A stretch of 55,004 nt of DNA from assembly GCA_004431415.1 (NCBI GenBank), contig QPMI01000285.1, positions 1 through 55,004 of the forward strand, in the 5' to 3' direction. This stretch comes from Cyanophora paradoxa CCMP329 (Eukaryota; Plantae; Glaucophyta). The first letter of the stretch is position 1. Every line of letters begins with the position of its first letter. Positions 20,645-32,976 of this stretch are shown here, piece after piece. The notes under the pieces are model-generated. The model was not told the DNA's origin. It saw only the letters and a program-made list of their open reading frames with translations, and ran no database searches. The translations under genes and the position numbers were made by a program.

Positions 20645-23600
20645 AGCCTTGGGAGGGTGGAAGGCGATACCCGTATTGAACTGCAAGAGATGCTGGAGGG
20701 CCCGGCTCGTGATCTCATTCCGCTTGTTCTCCGTGAGGCGCCGCCGCTGAGTTTGCGACAGCTGCTCGTCCTTCTTGCCGGATTCGCGCAATCGTTTGCC
20801 GGTGCCCACCAAGAGAGGCCGCTGCGTCACGCGAAGCTCCTCCTCCGCCGTGAAGTACGGATCCGTGCCCAGAGAGCGCGCCACGATGTCCTCCCAGCTG
20901 AGTCCCGTTCGCAAGTATTGCGGGAGTTTGTGCGGTCCGACTCTCCCACGGTAATCGGTACCCTGAAGGAGCTCTGCGATCGCCGTCGAGATGGGCATGT
21001 ACTCGTTCGGGAGTCGCGGCAGGAGGTGGCGGATCGGAGTGTCCGGGGAATCGCGGTCCCAACAGAGGTATACGCCGAGGTGCACATGGGCGTCTCGAAG
21101 GTACGCGCGAAGAACAGAGAGAAGCGTGAGCGGATGCTCGAGGCCAGGGATTGCGAGGATGCGGTTCGCCATCGCCGTAGCCATCCGTTCGGCGACGAGG
21201 TGGCCCTCCGGCGTCGACGCCTCCTGGTACCGCGTCGCCAGCGCAACGCGGAGCGCAACAGCGAGCACGCGAGCCCGAGGCTGCGAAGCTGCCAGAAGTG
21301 CGGCCTCGTTGCGCGTGATGAGGATTTCACTGTGAGGTTCGTAGCTGAGTGGGATCGGGTCGGTAGCCGGGAGGCGCTTGAGCTTCATCGTAGGCGGTTG
21401 GGCCTGGCCGAACCCCTCACTGGTGAACGCGTCGCGAACGTAGTTGATGATGGCGTGCGTGTACGCAGTCTGGTCACGGATACTATTCATGCGCGCCATA
21501 GCGACGGTCGGGCTAAGTTCCGTGACGAAGGCAGTGCCCGTCGGTGAGGACCCCTTGCGATGCTGCTCCAAACCCGCCTCGCACGCCTTTAGTGCCGCGT
21601 CTGCGTTCGTCGGGACAGAAGAGCGATGACCGGGGTTCGGGATAGAGATGGCGATAGACGAGTACGTGAGCTCAAATTCCCGCGTGAGGTCGCGAAGGAA
21701 GCAGGACGTGAGGCGGCCGCCTCGGTGGCTGTCAAGAACTAGACGGCCAAAATGTGTTGTCCAGGACATCAGGTCCGGAGTGAGCCGCGCCGTATCCGTC
21801 GTGAGGTTCAGTGCCCGAAGCATGTACTCAGACTGTTCGATGATCACGCTGAAGGTGTAGGCCCGCGGGATTGCATCGTTCTCGACCAGAAGCGGTTGCG
21901 GTTCGCAGAAGGTCGTGCGGAGAGAGGCGTCATCTGTGGCACTGACGACGCTTGCCAGCAGCGTGCCCTGAGCGAGTGCCCTGGCCCGGAGATGGACAGA
22001 GACGCGAGGTATCAGCGCAGCCGTGTGCCGTAGCTTCGAGTCGACGTAATCGATGAGGACTTGCCCTTCTTCTGCCTCCAGCGCGGGAGGGAGCCTGTGC
22101 AATTCTCGAAGAGACTGGTGGAACAGTCGAACGCGTACAGCATGCGTGTCGCCTTGCGCCGTGACTGCGCGCAGCGTGGAGTGGTGGTGCAGCGGTGAGG
22201 TCGTGGCCCCCTCGCCTTTGCGAGCGTCCAGCGCCGTCTTGTAGGCCCGGGCCGTGTCGATCACTGAGGAAAGGATCGCGGTAGCCACCGAGTCCGTCGT
22301 GTAGCTTGCGATGCTCGCGTCGGTTGCGCTGAGGCCGAGGAACTCAAGGAAGGGAACCGACGAAGTCAGGTCACGTAGAGTCACGAGCTCCGCCGGGGTG
22401 CTGTCGTAGGCCAGACAGGCGACAAGGTAGACTGCTGAGCGGAAGCGGGGAATGTGATGCAGCAACTGTGCGGCCTGCGCCTCGCGAGTGACCTTGTACG
22501 TGAGCGGGATCGGGCGCTTCTCGTCCTTGAAACGGGCCATGTCATCGTCGTTCAGCGGCGCCTGCCGATCCGACGTGCAAGGTTGTTCTGGAACACGCCC
22601 GTGTTTGCGATGCCCACCGCGTCATAAGAGGCGGGGCACCACGCGACGGGCGCTCGTCCGAGTACAGGTCTGCGTTGTCCAGCGCCGTCGTCATGAGCAT
22701 GTACGATTGCTCGCCTGGCCAGTAGATCGCGCAGCCTGGGGCAAGGGAGAATGTGTGGGCGGGATCTCGCGAACGTCGGGAGGCGGGTGAAGTCTGCCGT
22801 GCTCGTCGGGTGCGATGTGAAGCCGCGCGCAGAGCTCCTTGCTGAACGACGTGTCCGTGTCCTCAGCCTCCTCCGGGGCCGTCGGCGTCGTGGTCGAGGT
22901 CCCGCGGTCGGCGTCATGACTGTCGGCGCCGTCGGCATCGCGGCCGAGGGTGCGACAGCGGACGTTGTCACCGACGGGCTGGAGTCATAGCCGGCGCCTT
23001 CGGCTGCACGGCCGAGGCGTGGGGGATACGTCGCGGGCTTCGGAGTTGCGACTGCAACCTGTACCGTCGGCGGCGCGGCCGAGGGTGCGGTGGGCAGCTG
23101 GTCCGAAGGCATCGTCCCGCGCGGGCGCGCGGACGGTGGGCGCCACGAGCCGCCTGCAGCCGGGATGGCATCGTCCAAGCCGTCGCTTGCAGGGCGGGTT
23201 AACGAGACAGCAGCCGAGCCCGTCGGCGTTCCAGCTGGCTCGTCGTGGTCACTTGGCGACTCCTCGTCGCGGTCCTGGGCGCGCCGGCGGTACTCCTCGT
23301 TCCTCCGCCGCTGGTCCGTCTCCTCGTCCGCCGTGCGGAGGGCGGTGAGCTGCATGAGCGTCATGATGCGCTCGTTCGCATGCGGCACGATGTCGTCGAA
23401 GAACGGGAGAGGATCATCGTTGGCGAACTGAATGATCGCCCGCTCCACCTCCAGCTCCGACAGTTTGAAGGCCGTGCACACTCGTTCGCGGTGCGCCGGC
23501 GCCATCAGCAGAAGTACGCGAAGGAGGACGTGGGGAGGGTAGTCTTCCATGTAGCCCGTGCCCAGTGCGGGGAGGGACTGAGGGTTCCAGATCCACTGGA

Positions 23601-26600
23601 GATTGTCAAGGTTCGGAGGCTGTACCGGGTCCGTTCGAGTGAACGGTCCCATGACGTCGCACTGCCCCACCTGAGTCCACGGTACAGCCGAGATGTCCGT
23701 TCCGTACGCCGGCTGAATGTGAGAGTAGGCCGCGGGCGACCCAGCATCCAGCCTGGCAGAGCGAAGGAGCCCGTACTCGTCGCCCGGCCTGACGGACTTG
23801 GTCCAGCTCGTCGGCGCGGCGGGTCCGTGACCACGAACGTGGACGTGTCGGAGAGGGGGATGTTGATGTACTCGTCGGCAAGAGAAGGGAAGACCGCCTC
23901 GCGTAGACCGGCGAGCTGGGGGGCGTAGACAGCGAGGTTGCAGTAGATGCAATGAAGCAGGTCGCACATGGCCGGAGGAACCTGGCGGCAGAAGGGCGGT
24001 TCTGTCCGTGACACCGTCGTCTGGAGCGGGAGGCGAGCCGTGTACGTCGCGCCCGTGTCATTGTCGACTCCTCTGCCGCTGGTCATCAGGGAGGAGAAGG
24101 TGCCCGGGAAAGCGCCGCAGACGCCGCAGCCAGAAATCAGCTCCCAGCAGGTGCCCACGATGGTGCCCTGGGCGTCATGAAGCAGGCACGGGTAAATGAC
24201 GACGACGTGGTACGAGTGAGTGTGCTTGATCGGCAGTCCCCCGCGTGCGTTTGGCGTGTAGGGGGCCGGGCAAGGGACGGGGCTGCGAAGCTCGTGCGGA
24301 GCGAAGCGAAGGTAGAAAGCCCGCGTTCCCGGAGAGAAGCACAAGTCCAGCGGCGTCATCTTGTTGAAGATCTCGTCGCCGCCGTGCGCGTTGTAGAGGA
24401 CGGACCCCGCAGCACGAAAGCGGGCGCGAAGCGTCGCCGCCGCCAACTGGAAGAGCTGCTCCAGCTCCCGTGCGTTTGACTGAGCGAGGCAAGCGCGGAT
24501 GGTGTTGCGGAACGTCGCCATCGTCGAGTCGGAGAGCGCGGGCGGGGGCGCCGGCGTCGAGGGCATCGTGGCCAGCGTTGTTGCGATCGGCGGGTTCGCA
24601 GAAGTCGGGGTCAACGCCGTACCAAGCACCTCTAGGGGCGGCCAGGGTTCCGTGAGGTGCGGCGGCCCCGCGGGACGCTGATTCGTCGTCGCCGTCGTTG
24701 GCACCGCAGCATTCGGCGGGTCCGATCGCGTCGGAGCCGCGGCAGCGGGGAAGGCGGGGGGGATGTAGATGGGGATGGGGCTGAGGCCGAACTCGCGCGA
24801 GAGAGCAGCGGGATCCAGCGCCGGCAGGTGAGCGAAGGAGGGCGTGCCCGTAAGGTGCATTGCGACCCCCAGAGCAAGCTTCGGGCGGGGCGGCTTCTCA
24901 GTCTTCAGGTACGCAATGATGTCGTGCACCACCGAGGACCAGCTGTCGAAGCGGATGTCGCCCCTGCGGCGGAGCTGCAGGGTGTACAGGTCTGCGTACG
25001 TCTGGGCAAACGCGCTCTGCGTGCACGCCGGAAACGCCATCTCGTCGGACGGGGCGTCGGTCGAGGTCCGAGTCGCGTGTGGGGCTGACGACGTCGACGG
25101 CTGCGTGGCCGTGGACGAAGACAGCTGCACGGGCGGTGTAGGCTGCGCGTGTGACGACGGCTGCGCGGCCGTGGTCGCAGTCGGGCGGGAGGGCGTCGAC
25201 GAAGACGACGGAGTCCCCGAGGTCTTGGAGCTCGAGGCGTGGGCCAGGTGCCAGTTGGTGTGCGGACGCTGCCGAACGCCCTCGCGGAGTACCGCGTCCT
25301 GCTGCTCCTTCGTCGCCGTACCATCCACGACGGCCGCGAAAGCCTTCTGGTAAGCCCTGCGGGTTGCCTTGCCGTCGGGGAGGTCCGGGCCGGCCGCCAT
25401 CAGGACCGTGTAGTACGGGTGACTAGCAGCGCCTTGCGTGCGAAGCGGTACAGTCGGGTTCCTGTTGCTTGCCGGCGGCAGCGGGCGCGGCACTTTGCCG
25501 AGGTCGCCCGGTGCGCGAGCAGTCACAGTGATGGGGCCCGCGACGAAGAGGAAGTAGGGGCGGTGCTCCGGAGTGTTAGGAGGCGCAGTGAGAGGAAGGC
25601 GGGAGAGCTCGTCCAGCATGAAGCGGTGAGCCGTCTGGAGGTACGCCGGCGGTTCGTGAAGCCGCGCTCGCACAACGTGCAACTCCACCGGTTCCAACGG
25701 CCCCGAGCCCCTCCGCTTGGCCGGGAACTGCTCGCAGTGAGGGCAAAACTCCTTCAAATACGGGGCCGAGCTCTTGACGGAGGAGCTGTCCGTGCGGAGG
25801 TCGACCGCATACAAGTCCGTCACGTCGTCCTGCGCCTGCATGAAGCAGGGGCGGAAGTTGTGGTGCGGCTTGATGAAGTACGACGAAGTCTCGCCGGCGA
25901 CTCGCGAGTCGTAAGTGTAACCGCGCGGCCGCTTGCCGGCTTGCCGCGAGCAGAGGGCGGGTCCCCTGGGAGCAGCGATCGCCAACGTCTTGCCCTGCAC
26001 AGGAACGATGAGGAGGGCCTCGAACGTAACCGTGCGGAAGTCGCCTCCCGGGAAGCCCGTCGGTAGTGAGCAGAGCTGACGACGTCGGCACGGTAGTTGA
26101 TATTGTCCTGCCGCTTGGCGTGTGCAGCGTAGGCGAGGAGCTCGAGGTACGGGCGCGCAACGTCCTCCGCGCCGGGAACGGGTGCTCCGTACACTTGGAG
26201 CGCCGGCGTAATGTGGTCGCGGTCGACGTTAGACGGCGCAGGCTCCGGCGTGAGAGGGCCGGCCGTCGGAGCGGTCGAAGAAGCCGGCGCGCCGCTTGCA
26301 TTGCTGGAAGTAGCGGGCTGCTGGGTGCAGACGTCGAGCCCATGACCATCGCCTGCGTTGCAGCAAGCACCGCGCGCGCCTCGCGCTCGATGTTGAGGGC
26401 GGAGCGGGACGGGGAGGGGAGCGGCCGCCGGTAGTGACGTTGACGGGGCAGACGCGGACCGCCGCAACGTTGGAGCCGTGGGTGCCCAGGGCACGCTCCG
26501 CCGCCCAATGAGCCTGCTCCTGGATCCGGACCTGCGCCGCCTTGAGCCGTGCTTTCACCTCGAGTGCAAGCTCCTTGGACGTCTTGAGGCCGGGAGTCGT

Positions 26601-29331
26601 CCGCGCAGCGTCGACGGGCGACGGTGCGGTTGACTTGGCGGCGGGCGGGATGAAGCGGGTCGAGGCAGCAGGGACCGTAGGAGTCGTGGCAGCGTCGGCG
26701 CGCGACGGTGTCAGAGGTCCTGAGGTCCCGACGGTCGAGGGAGTGCTCGTAGAGGAGGCGGGAGCGGGGGCCTGTGTCGTAGTAATCGCAGTCGTGCCCG
26801 TGGTGGCGTCGTCGTGCGACGGCACGCGGGTGGCAGCGACGGGAGGGCAGGAACGGCGGCTGCAGCCTCGACGCGCGAGGGCACTGCCGTCGGAGGGTTG
26901 GGGTCGCGGCGTCGGCGTGCGACGGCGCGGAGTTGGTTGAGGAGGAGACGAGATCCGACTGCGAGGCCGAGGCTGCAGCGTCGTCGTGCGACGGCGCAGT
27001 CGGGGCGTCGGGCATGGGCTCGTCGTCGAGGGGAGCGACGGGCGGCGGGGGGCAGGCCGTGTAGGAGATGCCCATCGTCACCGGCGGGCGCGAGGCGCGG
27101 GTCGTGGCCTGGAAGGGGACGCCCTGGGGCTGCGTCGGAGCGCCGCCGCGGCCGCCGCCACCACCACCTCCTCGTCCGCCACCGTAGCCACCACCAGAGC
27201 CGCCGCGGCCGCCTCCAGGGGCGCCACGACCGCCTCCGGGGCCACCGCGTCCAGCGCCGCGGCCTCCCGGGCCGCCGCCGTTCGGGTTGGGGCAGTCTTT
27301 CATGATGTGGCCCTTTTGTCCGCAGCGGAGACACCTGTCGACCCACTCGCAGTGTGCCGCCAAGTGTCCGTAGGCCCCGCAAAGGTAGCAAGCGCCAGGC
27401 TGTTTAGTCCGTAGCGCAGCGGTCGGGACGCCCGTCGGCGTCGAGGTGGACGGGGTCAAGCCGAGGGTACGGTGGAGTTGGGCGACGATGGGGTCGGAGG
27501 TGGGCAAGTTGCGCAGCTCCGACCGGTACCAGTGGGTCGTGCAGAGGAGGTAATCGTCGCCAAAATGCCAGCAGGCGTCCTCTGGGAGGCCAGCCCTCAC
27601 GCAGCGTTCACAGAGCCAGCGTGCACCGTTAGGACGGACGGGCTTGTCGGGGCGAAGGATGTTGAGGCCGGCGAGGAGATCCGTCTTCGTCTGCAGGCGA
27701 GGCAGGTTGAAGTTATGATCGGAGGGCCGTGTCTGAGGCCGGGTCGAGTTCGCGCTCGAGCCAGCGGGTGGGGAGCCGTCGCCTGGTAGAGAGGGGCGGT
27801 CTGCGGGGCCGTCGCATTCTGGTAGACGTAACCGATGTCGGCGTAATTGAACGGGTATTCGGTCTCGTCGGCGTCACCGTAAGCCATCGTGTCCGTCGTC
27901 GGAGTTTCAAATTCCGTGCCCTGCGATTCGTTGAGAAGACGCGCCATCGAGATCTGGCCGAGCTGGAACTGAAGTACACGGTCCGAGGCAGAGTTTGCGC
28001 GGAACATGTTGTCGTACTGTCCGCCGCAGCAGCCGAGGTGGTGCTGGTGCGACGACGTGGACGACTGTGAAGAGCGGGGCTTGGTGTGCTCGTGGTCGAC
28101 GTCCTCCTCGTCGTCGTGGTCATGAGAGCGCTGGTCGCGCGTGCGCGCGGCACGGGCGGCCAGCTGCTCGTCGGAGACGGAGGTCAAGGAGTCAAACGGT
28201 TCGCGCGTGCTCGCGGCACGGGCGGTCGTTTTCTCGACGGAGCGGGAAGAAGAAGAGGCCGAGGCTGGCGGAGCGACAGTCGTGGAGCGGCGGGAGACGT
28301 CTTTCCACGGGAAGGTACGGAGTAGCCACGGGACTTCAAGTAAGAAGTTTGCTACCGCAGCGTTGCACGCCTGCACGTCGTTGAGCAAGGCAGCCGGCGG
28401 CTGGTGTTTCATCGCCAGATCCTTGACTTCCTTTGCCGCCCTCCGGGCCTGTTTGAAGTTATCCATCTTGGCGAGCTGGTAGTCACCGAGGGGTAACGTC
28501 CACTTTCCAGGTCCCGGGCCGCGATCATTTTCTTGATAACGTCATACACCTCCATCGGTGTAGGTTGGCCTTCCAGCTTGCAGACTAGACCCGCCCCACG
28601 AAGCTAAGAATCTTGGCGACAGTGCTGACCATCTCCGGGAGCGGGTAGCCGTTGTAAGCCTGAAGGAGGACCGTCTGTGTGCGGAAGCGCTCCTGTTCCG
28701 TAATGTTGATGGCCACCCAGCGTACAAGTGACGGGAGTCCGCGGATGCAGTGGTCGCTCTCGAGCTGGTAGGTGATGTTCCGAATCGTTCGCTTGATTGT
28801 GTCACGTTTAGTCAAAAGCCGTTGGCGTGTGTCGCGCGTGTCCCGAGACCGGTCCGCCACGTCCGGGCCCTTCTCCCGAACATGGTCAGTGACTGCGTCA
28901 GCCGCGTCGCGGTGCTCCTCCTTGGCCTTGGCGAGGTCACGGGTAAGCTGACGCGTCTGGTTGATCATGTCGTGGATGGAGGCCTGGTACTGCGACGGGA
29001 GCGCCTTGGCCGCCAGAGTAGCCCCCGCGAGTGCGAGCTTCGAGCCGTCGTCGGCGTCGGAGTATCGCTTCGTGTCCCCGTCGATTGCGCGCTGCGCGTC
29101 GTCTCGCCAGGCGGCGACGCCTTGCGGCGTGAGCGGGTTGCCCGGACTGGTGATGCAGATGCCGCCGCCGCAGTCAATGAGGATCGGCCGCTCCGTGTTG
29201 GACAGCGCGTTGAGAGCTTCACGTTCCGCTGAGGCGTTGGAGGTGACCGCAGCAACGTCCGTCAGCTCTTGAAGTAAGGTGTTGGTCGCCGAGCGCCGGA
29301 GCGGCGCGTCGTCGAAGTGCATGGAGTCCAT
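20645..29331 (-). CDS. Very long frameshifted gag/ORF1-like polyprotein
   Basis: ORFs 28585-29331, 27597-28466, 25576-27600, 23505-26000, 22552-23967 and 20570-22540 abut or overlap. CYLCGAYGHLAAHC and CLRCGQKGHIMKDC at ~27290-27395. Confidence 0.55.
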
Positions 29332-29541
29332 CGTGTCTGCACGCGGCAGAGACGGAGGAAACCGACGCGGAGCCGAGAGGCGGAGGCGAGGAGGCGAGGG
29401 ATCCGGCGCGGCGTCGACGCGCGACGGCGGCCGGGACCGGGGCGAAGTGAAACGGACGGGGAGGTGGTGCCGGCGACGAACGAGCGTCGGCTGGCGAGCG
29501 GACGGGGCGTGGCGAGGACGGCGGCGTCGGGTGAGAGCCGG

Positions 29542-30060
29542 GGCGCCGCGAGTAGATCACCGGCCGGGCTTCCACGCGGGAAGGCCGGCTGCGAGCTAAG
29601 ATCTCCTCCGGGGCTCGTAGCGTCCGCAGCGAGGCGGAGGCGAGGGAAGAGCTGAGGGGAGAGGGCGGGAAAGGGCGACGGGGGCGGTTCGAGGCGCCGC
29701 ACGTAGATCACCGGCCGGGCTTCCGCGCGGGAAGGCCGGCTGCGATCTGAGGTCTCCGCCGAGGCTCGTGGCGTCCGTAGCGAGGCGGAGGCGAGGGAGA
29801 GCCGAGGGGAGAGGGCGGGAACGGCGGGTAACGGACGGCGTGGCGTCGTCGAGCGACGGCGGCCGGGGAAAGGAATGACGGGTGCGGAAATCGATGTCGG
29901 CGACGTATGGACGTCGGCCGACGGGCGGGAGTGGGCGGGAAAAGCGGCGAAGATGGAGGTCCGAGGAGCCGAGGGAGGATCGCCGACCGGGCTTCCACGC
30001 GGGAAGGCCGGCTGCGATCGGTGATCTCCGGCGAGGTTCACGTGTCCGCAGCGCGGCGGA
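29542..30060. repeat. Three diverged direct repeats (~130 bp) upstream of the gag-like ORF
   Basis: Core CCGGGCTTCC(A/G)CGCGGGAAGGCCGGCTGCGA at ~29564, ~29715 and ~29986. Confidence 0.85.
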
Positions 30061-31235
30061 GACGTGGGCGGGAGAAAGTGGGGGCGGGGGAAGTGATCGC
30101 GAGGTAAGTCCGCAGCTGAGCGTCGGCGGTCCACCGGCGAGTCGAAGGGCTGAATCCGCCGGAAATTTTGGCAGAGTCTCCCCCTTCGAAAGGCCGAGAA
30201 GTGCGCGGCGCTGAAGCGGGCGGCGGGGCGGGGTCGGTCGGTCGATGTCGGTCGGTGACGGGCGCGTCCGGTCGACGATCCACCGTTTCCGAGCGTCGCC
30301 GATGCCACTAGCAACGGTTCCGCGTCCGGCGTGGGACGGGGGCGTGCCAGTCGATTCCCGCAGACTGCGGATGCACGGGGCGACCGTTAGCGAGTCCGGC
30401 GTCGACGTGCGGCGGCGGATTCGCAATACTGTCCTCCGAAACGCGCTCCTCCGTCCACGGATCGCTTCGCCCAGCGGTCCGACCACGCCTGGCTGCGGCT
30501 GGCGGGTCGGATGGCTGGACGAGGCCCGGCGAGGGTCAGAAGAGCCTAGTTTATGGTGCGGCTAGGCTTAGCCATGCGTGCTGTGCAGTTCTAGCAAGCT
30601 GGCGGCGAGAGCGAGCAGAGCTGGTATTCCAGGAGCAAGCACAAGTACAGGGTACAAGTGTATCACCCGGGGTGTGAGCCCGGGAAGGGTACATGAAAAG
30701 TAGTGGGGGTCCAATCGGCGCACTCAATGTGAGCGCTGCGGAGACTAAGGCCAAGCACTGCAAGCGGAGAGACTCGGGGCGCCGGCTCCTGACGGCATAA
30801 AGCCGTGAGGCAATAGTAGCGCTAATTATATATAACGCTAGCAATTTATGCAAGGCTCTCTGCAGGCTGCAGCTGCAGCAAACGTTAAACCTATCATAGT
30901 ATTCTTTAGATCTGGAATTAGGCAGACCCGGGGGCCGGGGCAAGGCCCCTGGACCCCTGGCAGCCTAGTGGCAGGCACTGCCAGGCAGTGGCAGCAAGGC
31001 AATGGCCTATAGCCCTAGGGTCCCCGGTCCCCCGGAACGCGGAGCTCGGGCCTTCGATTCGGAATCTATAGCTATGGACAGCTGCACTGCGGCAGTTGCC
31101 TCCGGATTCCATGCCAAGGCCGGCGCGGCCCCACGCGTACGGCCTCCGAGGGTCTAGATCTCCGAGGCCTGCTGCGCCCGGCCGTGCACGCCGTATGCAG
31201 CTGCAGGCGGGGCGCCCCAGCGCGCTGCACGGCCC

Positions 31236-32765
31236 CTACTCGAACTTGATATCGTACCTGCGCGCCCCCGCGCCCCAGCGCCCCTCAGCCGGTCGGCCCG
31301 CGTGTGAGGGGGCTCGGCTCCGCGGTGCCGCGGGGGGCGCGGGGGCGGGGGGGCGCACTTGCCGCGGGTCATGTCGCCGAGGATGCGCTGCGTGCTCGCG
31401 TACTCGGCCTCCTCCACCACCCGCCTGCGCGCGCGGCGCATCAAAGGGGCCCCGAGGCGGCCGCCCGGCGGGGCGGGGGCACCGGATCTCGGCGGCGCGC
31501 TGCCGGGGGTCCGCCTCCTCGTTCACGATCGCGGAGATGACCGCCACGCCCTGGCGCGTCCCGAGGCTCGGGCGGGCGCCCGGCGGGGACGGAGGAGAGG
31601 GGCCCGTCGGCGCGCACCGCCGCGCCCGCCGCGATGGCCGGCTCCGCGTTGTTCGCGTTGATGCCGCCTGGCGGGCGCGAGGGCCGTTCAGGCGGCCCCG
31701 CGGAGGGTTGGCTCGTCGACGTCGACGCGGGCGCGCGCGTGCGCACCGATCGCGATCACCGGCAAATCGATCTCCTGCCGGCGGGGGTCGGGGGCGTGCG
31801 GGGGCGGGCGGGCGCCGGCGGGGGCGGGGCGGCTGCGGGGCGGGCGGACCTGGCAGATCTGGTCGATCCGCTCGACGCCGACGGGCGCGCCGCTGTCCGA
31901 CTTGGTCGCCGTCGCGTACACCTGCACAGGGGAAGGGGCCGCTCCGAGGGGCGCGGGGGAAAGGGGGCGGGGCGGGGGCGGGGGGCACCGGCCCCACGCC
32001 AACGTAGTCGGCCCCGTCCTCCTGCGCCCTCCGCGCCTCGGCGAGAGTCTTGACGGAGACGCCCACGATCTTCCCCTCCGGCAGCAGCTTCCTCGCCAGC
32101 ATCGCTGCCCTGGCGGTGAGCGCGGGGCTCGGCCGGCCTCGGCGGCCTCGGCGGCGGGTACCCGGCATGTCGTCCTGGCCGACGTGTACCCCGTCCGCGT
32201 CGACCGCCATCGCCACGTCGAGCCGGTCGTTGATGATGAGGAGGGACTGCAGGCGGTACCCGTCGGCCGCGGGGTACCGGTGCGGCGCCCAGGGCGCGGG
32301 GGGGCCACGGACCTCGAACTCGCGCGTGAGGGCGCGGAGCTGCATCGCCTCGTTGATCATCTCCCGCGTGCTCTTGTTCTTCTCCCTGTACTGGACTGCG
32401 ACGAGAGAAAGGCTCGGCGGGGGCAGAGGCCTGGGGCGTCAAGGGGCCGCACCGATGCCGGCGCCCCCGCGCAGCGCCTCCCGCACTATCTCGATGAGGT
32501 CGCGCTTGCCGGCCAGCTTCGAATCCGTCACAAGGTACAGCGACCAGTCGATCTCCAGTTCCCTGCGCCGGCGTCGGCCGCGGTCAGGGCGCGCTCGCGG
32601 GCCGTGCAGCGAGCGGGGCTCGGATCGGAGCGCATAGCCAAGCGGCATTGGAACGAGCGCAGCGGGAGCGCACTCGTCGTTTGCGCTCGGCGGCCGAGGG
32701 CTCGGATTCGCGTTGGAGCTGCGCCGCCCGCTCCCGTTCCCGTTGCCGTTCCCGTTCAGCACCAT
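31236..32765 (-). CDS. thiE: Thiamine-phosphate synthase, spliced host gene (start uncertain)
   Basis: Exon peptides SLYLVTD, VQYREK, LIINDRLDVAMAVDADGVHVGQDD, IVGVS, GADYVGVGP, VYATATK, LPVIAIG, GINANN, GVAVISAI separated by short GC-rich introns. Confidence 0.92.
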
Positions 32766-32976
32766 GCTAGTAACTCCGTGCTCGAATCGCGCCGCCGCTC
32801 GCTGCCTCTGAAGCGGTCGCCCGCTGGACGACTTCTTCAACCGGTGGCACGCCGTGCATAGCGCAGGCGCGGCTGAAGCTCTAATTTCCGGGTGCGTCCC
32901 CTGCAGCTGGATCGCCGAGAAGCTCGCAGAGAAGCTCGCCCGCATTTTTTCGCGAGACGGGTACAGATTCCAGAAG

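Larger units (their letters stand above)
20645..30540 (-). mobile_element. Unclassified GC-rich, intronless, gag-like mobile element truncated by PLV copy A (5' boundary approximate)
   Basis: ~8.7 kb of abutting minus-strand ORFs without recognisable introns, two CCHC knuckles plus an RGG/Gly tract, and tandem 5' repeats. No RT, integrase or transposase motif seen before the truncation. Confidence 0.6.

Noticed and set aside
20645-20650. Target-site duplication between AGCCTT and the flank before 43383 (GACCCC)
   Set aside because: These flanks belong to different insertions; the partner ends are outside the window.
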